Positions 15,330-23,286 of a DNA stretch of 24,000 bases are shown piece by piece (the stretch's first letter is position 1; each line of letters starts with the position of its first letter). The stretch spans positions 775,160 through 799,159 of the forward strand of contig CAXWPJ010000002.1 of assembly GCA_963664115.2 (NCBI GenBank), read 5' to 3'. The stretch is from Terriglobia bacterium (GTDB lineage: Bacteria > Acidobacteriota > Terriglobia > 20CM-2-55-15). Below the pieces are notes generated by a model. The model was not told the origin of the DNA. It did no database searches and worked only from the letters and a program-made list of their open reading frames with translations. A program made the translations under genes and the position numbers.

Positions 15330-16736
15330 TCACCGCAACAGTTTTGAAATTCCCCGGATCACTTTTCCCTTAGTGCCGGTGAGTGTCTGTTCGACGGCGA
15401 CGTCCGCAGCGAGTTGCCCCACGGCAGTTGAATACGTTGGATAGGGGTGCATCGTAGCGGCCAAGTCTCTGAGGCGCAGCTTCCTCTCGATCGCAATGAC
15501 GAACTCCGTGATGACTTCGCCGGCCCGCCCCGCCACGATCGTTGCACCCAGAATGATGTCGTCGGCCCCTGTAACGACTTTGAGAAAACCTCGAATATCG
15601 TTTTCGCAGACGGCGCGATCGACATGGCTCATTCCCCGGCGGTGCACCCGGACCGCGTTGCCGAATTGATTTCGAGCTTCTCCCTCGCTCAAGCCAATAT
15701 GCGCTATCTCAGGATCCGTGTATGTGACCCATGGCACGATAGAGGTGAATCCGGAGCTGTGGCCGGGAAGCAGGGCATTGCGAACTGCCTGGAATCCCTG
15801 CCATGCCGCAAAGTGTGTGAACTGAACCCCACCCGTGACGTCGCCCGCCGCGTATATGTGTTTGACACTGGTGCGCAGTTGGTCGTCGACCTCGATGCCC
15901 TTCGGGGTGTGCCGGACGCCGGCTTTGTCCAGGCCGAGTGTCTCCAGGTTTGGGGCGCGGCCTGTGGCTACCAGTAGCAGTTCCGACCGGTTCTGGCCCG
16001 ACGGTGTATCTATGATCACGTAGCTACCGTCATGATAAACCCGGGTTGCCAGGCCTTCCAGAAATCGAATGCCCTCACCTCGGAGAACTTCCAGCATGAG
16101 CTCTCGCGCTTCAGGCTCTTCTCTCGGCAAGAGCGCGACGTCGATTATCGTGACCTGGGAACCCAGCCGCTGGTAGGCCTGGGCCAACTCGACGCCGATC
16201 GGTCCGGCGCCGATGATCGCCATGGTTTTGGGAAGGCGGTCGATGTCGAAGACCTGTTCGTATGTGATGAATGGGGTTTTCTCCAAGCCCGGAATAGGTG
16301 GCAGCATCGGACGGGCGCCGGTCGTGATCAGAAACGCTTTCGCCTTGAGGAGCCGGTCACCGGCCAGCAGAGTTTCCTCATCCACGAACTCGGCCGCGGC
16401 TTGAATGACTGCGACACCAGCCTCCTGGAACGTTTCGGGTGTCTCGTACTGGTAAACCTGACGGATGGCTGCGCTCACGTAGCGCTTCACCTGGCTCATA
16501 TCGACAGTTGGAGGGGACACGGTTATACCGTAATGTGACGCCGTGCGCGCCTCGTGCGCGACCTTGGCGGCTTTGAGCAGCGCTTTGCTCGGGACACAGC
16601 CCGTCCAGGTGCAGTCGCCTCCGATGCGGTCTTTTTCGACCAGAGCTGTTCTCGCTCCCAGCTTCGCGGCAAAATTCGCTGCCGTTATTCCGCCCGATCC
16701 CGCACCGACGATTACAAGGTCGAATGGTGATTCCAT
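15330..16736 (-). CDS. Class I pyridine nucleotide-disulfide oxidoreductase (flavoprotein disulfide reductase; not a canonical MerA)
   Basis: FAD fold VIVGAGSGG. Redox-active GGDCTWTGCVPSK. NAD(P) fold IIGAGPIGVE. GD motif YAAGDV. C-terminal dimerisation-domain HPYPTYS. ATG 16736 shares one base with the MFS TGA (TGATG). The track start is TTG 16739. Confidence 0.9.
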   Translation of the reverse strand: MESPFDLVIVGAGSGGITAANFAAKLGARTALVEKDRIGGDCTWTGCVPSKALLKAAKVAHEARTASHYGITVSPPTVDMSQVKRYVSAAIRQVYQYETPETFQEAGVAVIQAAAEFVDEETLLAGDRLLKAKAFLITTGARPMLPPIPGLEKTPFITYEQVFDIDRLPKTMAIIGAGPIGVELAQAYQRLGSQVTIIDVALLPREEPEARELMLEVLRGEGIRFLEGLATRVYHDGSYVIIDTPSGQNRSELLLVATGRAPNLETLGLDKAGVRHTPKGIEVDDQLRTSVKHIYAAGDVTGGVQFTHFAAWQGFQAVRNALLPGHSSGFTSIVPWVTYTDPEIAHIGLSEGEARNQFGNAVRVHRRGMSHVDRAVCENDIRGFLKVVTGADDIILGATIVAGRAGEVITEFVIAIERKLRLRDLAATMHPYPTYSTAVGQLAADVAVEQTLTGTKGKVIRGISKLLR

Positions 16737-18124
16737 CAAAGTGAGTCCCTCTCCGGAAGATTACGAATGGTTACCAGCGCCACTACGACCAGCGCCACGG
16801 TCCCGTGTATCAATCCGTCCACCCCGAACGCCGCTCCGAGAACACTTCCGATCAGAGCGCCCAGCAGCGCTCCGACACCAAGCAGTGCCGAATATATTCC
16901 CATCGTTGCCCCGCGACCGGCCGCACCCCCGACGATATCTGCAAGCAGGGCCAGAGCTCCCGGCGTGAACCCGCTCTCAACCATCACCGCCGCAGCCAGA
17001 AACACCAGTAGTCCCAGCCGTGGGGCGTTTCCCAACGCGGGAGTATGATTCAAGACATATAGCCCTGCACACACGACCAGTGTTGCCGTCAATCCGGCCA
17101 CGAGAACTGTTTTTCTATCGACGCGGTCGAGAAAGAAACTCCAGATCGTCACGCCGATCGCAAACACGAGGGCGTATCCAAGAAACACCCAGCCGACCTG
17201 TTCCGGGTTGTCCGCGAACAATCCGTTCAAATACTGCGTACTTTCCTGTCGCAGCGTGAGAAGGAAAGTGACCATCGGGCCCAACCAGAGACCCACGATC
17301 GCATTGATCGCGATCCATGCGGGTGCAAGCATCCTGATCGAGGGGTCTCCCAGTGCCCGTCTCAGTCCTTCGAACGCTTCGACCGTGCTCCGGGATTCGG
17401 CCGTTTCCGCGCCAAACCAGAAGGTGGCTGAACTCGCCAGATATATGCCGGCCATCGCGACAAATGCGCCCGTTCCCAAAAGCTGCCAGAGACCCGCACC
17501 GATCGGGGCTCCAAGGGCAAGGCCTGCCAGGAGAGTCAGTTCAAACAGAGCCATCACGCGGCCACGCATGTTAAGCCCGTCTTCGGTCAGGTCTGTCAGG
17601 TAGGCTAGGATAGCCGGTGAGCTGGCCGCCCATGCGCTTCCGTCGACGCTACGGGCAACGAAGAATGCTGGTACTGAGCGGGCCACTCCCAGCAGGCCCA
17701 TCCCGGCTGCACCAAGCAGGCCGCTTCCAATCATCAGGAAGCGGGGAGACAGACGGTCTGCAAGAATCCCCATCGGCAGTGCCCCGATCAGTTCCGCACC
17801 GTAGGCCACCGCACCGAGGAGGCCCACGATCGCCGCGTTCACGTCCTGACCTTGATTTCCGAGGTCGGCAAAGTAGAGTCCAACCAGAACGCCGCCGGCC
17901 CCGCCCGCGATTCGGACGAGCGCGTTTCCCGCGAGCACGACGGGCCAGCGCCGACTATCGTTTCGCAATGAATGTGTTTCCACGTCGTTAAGAGAGGGTG
18001 CCCGAAGATTCACCAACCCTCGTGCGAGAGTTTCACCCGGCCTGCCCATGCTACTGCTTCGTGCGTTCCGGAATCCAAATTTCGGGTTAAGGAAATTCGA
18101 AATCGCCGCAGACTGGGGGGACAC
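16736..18124 (-). CDS. MFS-type transporter (about 12 TM)
   Basis: Repeated hydrophobic spans. A D-R-x-x-R-like loop (GILADRLSPRF) follows TM2. It is the first gene of the operon. The start is uncertain: GTG 18124 or ATG 18049, neither with a strong Shine-Dalgarno sequence. Confidence 0.8.
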   Translation of the reverse strand: MSPQSAAISNFLNPKFGFRNARSSSMGRPGETLARGLVNLRAPSLNDVETHSLRNDSRRWPVVLAGNALVRIAGGAGGVLVGLYFADLGNQGQDVNAAIVGLLGAVAYGAELIGALPMGILADRLSPRFLMIGSGLLGAAGMGLLGVARSVPAFFVARSVDGSAWAASSPAILAYLTDLTEDGLNMRGRVMALFELTLLAGLALGAPIGAGLWQLLGTGAFVAMAGIYLASSATFWFGAETAESRSTVEAFEGLRRALGDPSIRMLAPAWIAINAIVGLWLGPMVTFLLTLRQESTQYLNGLFADNPEQVGWVFLGYALVFAIGVTIWSFFLDRVDRKTVLVAGLTATLVVCAGLYVLNHTPALGNAPRLGLLVFLAAAVMVESGFTPGALALLADIVGGAAGRGATMGIYSALLGVGALLGALIGSVLGAAFGVDGLIHGTVALVVVALVTIRNLPERDSL

Positions 18125-18185
18125 AAATCCCGAAAATTAATGAATATAGCAAGTCAGGTGGATGTTGCCGGTGGGATGTCTTACA

Positions 18186-18277
18186 GAAGGGGACGTGAAG
18201 GGAACGGCCACTTCAGCCGAAATATACTCGTCACGCCCCAATTTCGCATGAAGTGTCCGTCCCCTTCACGTCCCTTC
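18186..18277. repeat. Long imperfect inverted repeat (about 30-nt arms, about 33-nt spacer); copy 2 of the palindromic repeat family, probable terminator of the barrel gene
   Basis: The left arm is GAAGGGGACGTGAAGGGAACGGCCACTTCA (18186-18215). The right arm is TGAAGTGTCCGTCCCCTTCACGTCCCTTC (18249-18277). GCCGAAAT/ATTTCGC extends the pairing inward. The right arm abuts the TGA of the 18276..20786 gene and contains the 21-nt core shared with 9726-9746. Confidence 0.8.
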
Positions 18278-20786
18278 AAAACTGATACCGCATGCCGGCC
18301 TGGATTCGCCGTGGCGAACTGGCGCTGGTGGAGAGCCCGAAGTTTTTCGAGCTTAAGGTGCCACTCGGAGTGCCCAGGTTGGTCATGTTGAAGGCGTTGC
18401 TCAGATTGGCGAAGACGCTGACCCGGGATCTGCCAGCCAATTCAAGTGCTTTCGACAGATTGAACCCCCAAGTCAGCGAATTTGGACCGGTTTCGCTGTT
18501 GCGGACGAGGATGGCCTGTCCCGGCTCGGGATCCAGATCAAAGGCCCCGAAATCTGTTATGACAACACCGGGTCGGGTGAGGTCGGTAGCGAGAGCGGGC
18601 CGGTCTGTGAACTCACCGTCCCTGTTGTTGTCCTTACCCGTCGTGATCGAGTACATGTCGCCGCTCGTGAAGTTGACCACAGTTGTTAGATAGACATCCC
18701 ACGGCAACCTCGAGTTGACGCTCGCGTTGAGGCGGTGTGTCTGTCTCAGGCCCGCACGGCCCCAGTCCCCTCGAAGATCGTAGCTGTTTGCAGGAAGCCG
18801 TCTTCCGTCGCCGTCGCTATGGCCCACGTTACCGCTGTAGTCGACGTTGATGTTGAAGATGCTGAAACGTTGTCGCAATCGGACTTTGAAATTCTTGTGT
18901 ATGGATAGTCCGCTCGATTCCAGTTGGAGAATGTCACCTTCTTCGGGAACAGGCCGGATGCCGTCGGGATGTTCGTCGCTGAGCGTTCCGGGCAGGGGGG
19001 CGTTGGTGTTGCGCATACGGCGCATCTTGAGGCCTCGGTTGTAGTCGAAACTCACTGTCAGGAAGAGGTTGGCTGGCAGGCTCTGCTCAACCGAGATCAG
19101 CGAACTGAAGTAGTAACCGGAGAGGAAGTCCGGTGCGAGGACGCGACGCGAGGGAGGCGGAATAGCTTCAAGATCACCCGCCTGGTAGGGATCCGGCCAG
19201 CCCGGATCCGAAATTCGAATCCGGTGTTGACGTGTTCCATCCTCTTGCAAGACCCTCCGAAACTCCCAGTGGTTGAGCCGCTGATGAAAGAGTCCTGTGC
19301 CACCCCGGACGACGGTCGAGTTTCCCACCGCATACGCAAATCCCAAACGGGGATCGAAATCGTTGCGGTCGTTGAGATTGTTCTGCGTCGAGTAGAGCAG
19401 GCCGAGGTTCAGGGTAAAACGGTTGCTCAGCCGCAAATCACTCTGGACGAAAAATTCACTGTCGACTTGGGTTTGTTCGAATCCAGGATCACCCACGTTG
19501 ACATCGTACTGCTCGGGTTGGCCGCTCCGGAATTTGTCCAGATCCGAGAAGGTAAACCGGCCTTCAAAATTACTTTGCTGTATAGAATTTTCATCCCAAT
19601 AGTCTATCTTGCTCCCCGCTCTCAGCCTCAGACGGGAGCCTTCGTAATAGAGAAGGTTTTTGAACTGCATGCTCGTGGCGTCGAGTTCATTGCGATTCTG
19701 ACCGCCACCGCCATTGAAAGCGTCCAGGACGTTGATCGCCTGTCCCGTCGTGATGGGAATCGTTTCATTGGATTGGTCGTTCCATGAAAAGCTGGTCTCG
19801 TGAACTGTGTTGTCAGAGAAGACAGTGATCTGCCGCAAGTCGAAGCCGACACTTTGTTCGGACGAATTGGAACCGCGTTCAGGCAAGGTGAAACGGCCGA
19901 TACCGTTGTTTTCTTCCGATTCGGAATCGTACTCTACGCCAAAATGAAGGGAATTCGCCTCGTTGAGCTGAAGAATGCCTTCCGCTTCGTAATTCTTCGA
20001 GACACGGGGTCGTGTAATGCCGAGCGTAAACGGCCCCTCCAGCGTCTGTGCAACCACACTCCCCACGTTTTCCTGCCTGTTGTTGTCGATGGAGAAGCTG
20101 GCGGTGAGGCGGTCTTGAATGACGGGACCACTGATGTTTCCACTGATGGCGCGTTCGCGAGACTCAGGTTTGTTATCCGCAGTCGGGTTGCGGGCGTTTA
20201 AGGCATCGTCTTCGAATTCCGCGATAAAATTTCCGTGGAAGGCGCCCGATCCGCCACGTTCGATGACTTCGGTCCGCTGGCCCCCCTGAGGCCCGTTGCT
20301 TCCCGACCGTCCGTTCTCGACATTGAACGTATTGTTCGTGACGCGGATCTGCTGAATCTGGCTGACCTCGGTGCCGGCTTCTTCCGCACCGTCGATCGTT
20401 GCTGCGAGTGTTCCACCTTGAGACTCGAACTCTTCGACCGCGGCCCTTTGATCGATTGTCAGGTAATCGGAGAGCTTGGCCCGGAAGGCATCATGGATCC
20501 ACTGGATACTTGCAAGAGCGCGGTCACGCTCCGCTCCCTCCGGTATTCCATCGCTGAAATCCATGATGTCCCCGAAGAGACTCTCCGAGGCCTGGCGTTG
20601 TTCCTCAACGAGCAGGGTCACCTGGCCTTCCTGTGCCGGGGTAAAAGGAACGCCTGCTTCAGCCAGGACTCGGGAGAGTTGCTCTTTGAGCTGGTCAAGC
20701 GGATTCTGGGTGACCAACTGCGCGTGGGCGGGCAGGGTCGCCAGAACAAGACATAGAACCAGTTGACGTAAATACATTATTCGCAT
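18276..20786 (-). CDS. Oar-like TonB-dependent-receptor-family outer-membrane beta-barrel with atypical helical N-terminal domain
   Basis: Signal peptide ...ATLPAHA|Q. An Oar-type block is present: FHGNFIAEFEDDALNARNP. A long beta-rich region ends ...RIQAGMRYQF with a terminal aromatic residue. The usual carboxypeptidase-regulatory N-domain is replaced by about 110 helical residues containing FTPAQ and LTIDQ motifs. Confidence 0.8.
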   Translation of the reverse strand: MRIMYLRQLVLCLVLATLPAHAQLVTQNPLDQLKEQLSRVLAEAGVPFTPAQEGQVTLLVEEQRQASESLFGDIMDFSDGIPEGAERDRALASIQWIHDAFRAKLSDYLTIDQRAAVEEFESQGGTLAATIDGAEEAGTEVSQIQQIRVTNNTFNVENGRSGSNGPQGGQRTEVIERGGSGAFHGNFIAEFEDDALNARNPTADNKPESRERAISGNISGPVIQDRLTASFSIDNNRQENVGSVVAQTLEGPFTLGITRPRVSKNYEAEGILQLNEANSLHFGVEYDSESEENNGIGRFTLPERGSNSSEQSVGFDLRQITVFSDNTVHETSFSWNDQSNETIPITTGQAINVLDAFNGGGGQNRNELDATSMQFKNLLYYEGSRLRLRAGSKIDYWDENSIQQSNFEGRFTFSDLDKFRSGQPEQYDVNVGDPGFEQTQVDSEFFVQSDLRLSNRFTLNLGLLYSTQNNLNDRNDFDPRLGFAYAVGNSTVVRGGTGLFHQRLNHWEFRRVLQEDGTRQHRIRISDPGWPDPYQAGDLEAIPPPSRRVLAPDFLSGYYFSSLISVEQSLPANLFLTVSFDYNRGLKMRRMRNTNAPLPGTLSDEHPDGIRPVPEEGDILQLESSGLSIHKNFKVRLRQRFSIFNINVDYSGNVGHSDGDGRRLPANSYDLRGDWGRAGLRQTHRLNASVNSRLPWDVYLTTVVNFTSGDMYSITTGKDNNRDGEFTDRPALATDLTRPGVVITDFGAFDLDPEPGQAILVRNSETGPNSLTWGFNLSKALELAGRSRVSVFANLSNAFNMTNLGTPSGTLSSKNFGLSTSASSPRRIQAGMRYQF

Positions 20787-21015
20787 CGAAGGCGTGCAGA
20801 ATCAAAGACTTCATCGATTCTAACGAGATGACAGGGTTTTGTCTAAGCCCGAGTCGGTCCCGCTTGACCCGGAACCGGCAAAACCTCTTGACGCTCCAAG
20901 CCCCGAAGATGATCATGGGCACACAGCTTCTTGGCGAAGTTGTTTACTGATGATTCGGGCAAGGATTCGGATTGCCTCTCGCACCTTATGCTCAGGGTGC
21001 GGGTTTGGAGAGCTT

Positions 21016-22029
21016 ATGAAATCGAGAACAGTGCTTGTTGGGGTATCGTGTCTTGTCGGGGCCGCGCTCGTTCTGGCCCAGGCCCAGGCACAGGAAGTGC
21101 GACCGGGCGAAAGGGAATGGCTTGTCCGGGCGATTGCTGGCGTTGTCGCTTCCGGAGCCGAGTGGACGCTGGCCTGGGACGGCTATGACAATGCGGACGG
21201 AATTGTCGGTGCCCCCGACGGCAGCCTTCTGTTTGCTCAGGAACAGCCCAGCCGAGTGCGCAGGCTCGCGCCCGACGACAGCACCTCGGTTTACATGGAG
21301 GGCACCGGTCACGCCGGATCCATCGCCATTGATTCCGAGGGCCGTCTGCTTGCTGTACAGCGGGGTTGCACGGACCCGGGGCGACCTGCCGAAATTGAAT
21401 GCAGCGTAGCGCCGAAACTCAGTGTCCTGGCTCCGGATTACGAGGTCCGGGTGGACAGGTTTTCAAACGGCGACGCGTTTGGCCGGCTCAACGACCTGGT
21501 TGTCGATCGCAGGGGCGGCGCGTACTTCACGGTCGGAGGCGCCTACTACGCCAGTCCGGACGGCGAAGTGATCACGGTTGCTGCGGCCGGTGATATCCGT
21601 TCAAACGGGATTACGCTCAGCCGGGACGAACGAACCTTGTACGTGACCAACCGCGAGGTCGTCGTCGCTTTCGATGTGCAGCCGGATGGGTCGGTGCGCA
21701 ACCGCCGTGATTTCGGCACACTCGATGGAGATGGCGGCGGTGACGGGATGACCATCGATGCCGAAGGCCGGGTCTACGTAACCGGAAACCTGGGTGTCCA
21801 TGTGCTGAGCCCGGAGGGAGAGCATCTCGGAATGATTCCGACGCCGCGCCGTCCCATAACCGTTGCCTTCGCCGGACCCGAGAAGAAGACCCTTTATATT
21901 GTAGGTAGCGGGGCCGTTGACGTCTTCAGAGAACGGAATTTTGAAACCCCTGAGGGTGTTCGCAATAATTCGAAGACCATATACAAGATTCCCATGCTGG
22001 CCGAAGGATTCCAGGGGCGGGCAAAGTAG
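21016..22029 (+). CDS. Secreted SMP-30/gluconolactonase/LRE-like beta-propeller protein, paralog 1
   Basis: ATG 21016 (MKSRTVLVGVSCLVGAALVLAQAQA) has GGAG upstream. Motifs NGITLS.DE.TLYVT, DGM.ID.EGR.YV and AFAGP.KKTLY are typical of this fold. The track ORF from 20839 adds an implausible leader. Confidence 0.8.
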   Translation: MKSRTVLVGVSCLVGAALVLAQAQAQEVRPGEREWLVRAIAGVVASGAEWTLAWDGYDNADGIVGAPDGSLLFAQEQPSRVRRLAPDDSTSVYMEGTGHAGSIAIDSEGRLLAVQRGCTDPGRPAEIECSVAPKLSVLAPDYEVRVDRFSNGDAFGRLNDLVVDRRGGAYFTVGGAYYASPDGEVITVAAAGDIRSNGITLSRDERTLYVTNREVVVAFDVQPDGSVRNRRDFGTLDGDGGGDGMTIDAEGRVYVTGNLGVHVLSPEGEHLGMIPTPRRPITVAFAGPEKKTLYIVGSGAVDVFRERNFETPEGVRNNSKTIYKIPMLAEGFQGRAK

Positions 22030-22138
22030 AGGTCTCATCTGGGATTCTCGACGATGCCGCTGATGCAGATGACGTCTGCATGTGTTCTTGGCATTCATAT
22101 CGCTGGTTTTTCCCCGCGCGCGCGGGATTGGAGAAATT

Positions 22139-23083
22139 ATGAAATCGAAGACTGTATTCACGATTATCGGATGTGTTCTGGGGTCGACCCTGATGTTTAG
22201 CTCGGTGACTGCGGCACAGGGGCCGCAGGCGGAGACGCCGGTCACGACTCGGAGCATCCCGGGGGTCGTCGCTGCCGGTGTGAGGGTCGAACATGTCTGG
22301 AAAGGATTGCAGGCAGCGGATGGTCTCATCAGCGAACCGGACGGAACGCTCCTGCTGCCCGAGCAGCGAGCGGATAGGATCGGCAGGTTCAACGCGGACG
22401 GAACAGTCACGCCCTACCTGGAAGACACGAACGAAGCCGGTGGACTCGCGTTCGACGCGATGGGCCGCCTCATTTCTGTAGAGAGAAGAATGCCCCAGGT
22501 GAGGGTCCTGGTTCCCGAACGCAGAGTCCTGGCGGACAGCTACGAAGGTGAGCCGCTCGGGCGGCTGAGCGATATCATCGCAGACCAGAAAGGGGGTGTG
22601 TATATCACCGAGGGCCGCAACGCCTCGGTCTACTACCTCAACGCAGGCGGCAGACTCAACCGCGTCGCCGACGACATCGACGGCGCAAACGGCATCACGC
22701 TGAGTCCGGATGAGAGCACCCTCTACGTGACCAATCGAGAGGCCGGCATCCTGGCCTACGATGTTGCCCCGGACGGGGGTATCGGAAACCGCCGCCCCTT
22801 CGTGCAGCCGGAAGGCGGACAGGACGGCCTGGCAGTCGACGGCACGGGACGGCTCTATGTCGCCGGCCAGGCTGGCGTTCAGGTCTTCAGCCCCCAGGGA
22901 CAGTTCCTGGGACTCATTCCCATACCCCGGCCTACGACGACTCTGGCCTTTGCCGGACCGGACAAGAAGACGCTCTACGTCATCGGCCGCGGCAACGATC
23001 TTCCAGGCGGTGACAGCGGCGATGCAAGGTCGATGTACAGGATCTCAATGCTTGCGGAGGGTTTCAAAGGCCGCGCCAAGTAA
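22139..23083 (+). CDS. Secreted SMP-30/gluconolactonase/LRE-like beta-propeller protein, paralog 2
   Basis: ATG 22139 (MKSKTVFTIIGCVLGSTLMFSSVTAAQG). The start region GCGGGATTGGAGAAATTATGAAATCGAAGAC is nearly identical to that of paralog 1 (GCGGGTTTGGAGAGCTTATGAAATCGAGAAC). It shares the C-terminus MLAEGF.GRAK. Confidence 0.8.
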   Translation: MKSKTVFTIIGCVLGSTLMFSSVTAAQGPQAETPVTTRSIPGVVAAGVRVEHVWKGLQAADGLISEPDGTLLLPEQRADRIGRFNADGTVTPYLEDTNEAGGLAFDAMGRLISVERRMPQVRVLVPERRVLADSYEGEPLGRLSDIIADQKGGVYITEGRNASVYYLNAGGRLNRVADDIDGANGITLSPDESTLYVTNREAGILAYDVAPDGGIGNRRPFVQPEGGQDGLAVDGTGRLYVAGQAGVQVFSPQGQFLGLIPIPRPTTTLAFAGPDKKTLYVIGRGNDLPGGDSGDARSMYRISMLAEGFKGRAK

Positions 23084-23144
23084 CGTAAGTCGTGCACGGT
23101 TTGAAACCGAGCGTGGGGCTGGAACAGGTCGATATACCGAAGAG

Positions 23145-23215
23145 GCCTCACAATCAGGATGATCGTGAGGCTCGCCGGTCGTTCCGACAGGATGTCCGAT
23201 TGAACGACCGAGCGA
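23145..23215 (+). repeat. 71-nt double-hairpin element, copy B
   Basis: The plus strand reads GCCTCACAATC-AGGAT-GATCGTGAGGC then TCGCCGGTCGTTC-CGAC-AGGAT-GTCC-GATT-GAACGACCGAGCGA, followed by AAAAAA. It lies 61 nt downstream of the paralog-2 stop on the same strand, in a convergent gap. Confidence 0.7.
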
Positions 23216-23286
23216 AAAAAGCCCCCCGGCCCGGAGACTGAAGTTCAAAGTTATGCACTGCGGGCAGGGTCGAAGCCGCGTCCGTT

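Noticed and set aside
15330-16736. Calling the flavoprotein a mercuric reductase (merA)
   Set aside because: It has no C-terminal vicinal Cys pair, no N-terminal heavy-metal-binding domain, and no merR/T/P genes nearby.
18924-19787. 287-aa plus-strand ORF, plus other plus-strand ORFs between 18292 and 20766
   Set aside because: They are antisense to the 836-aa outer-membrane barrel gene, which has a signal peptide, Oar motifs and a C-terminal aromatic residue.
20787-21015. Riboswitch (for example cobalamin) upstream of the TonB-dependent-type barrel gene
   Set aside because: I found no B12-box-like or other riboswitch core motif on the minus strand. I saw only weak short hairpins and two TTGAC-like hexamers that I cannot assign with confidence.
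21601-22410. 269-aa minus-strand ORF spanning the junction of SMP-30 paralogs 1 and 2
   Set aside because: It crosses an intergenic region and is antisense to two motif-supported genes. Its composition is Arg/Pro/Ser-rich.
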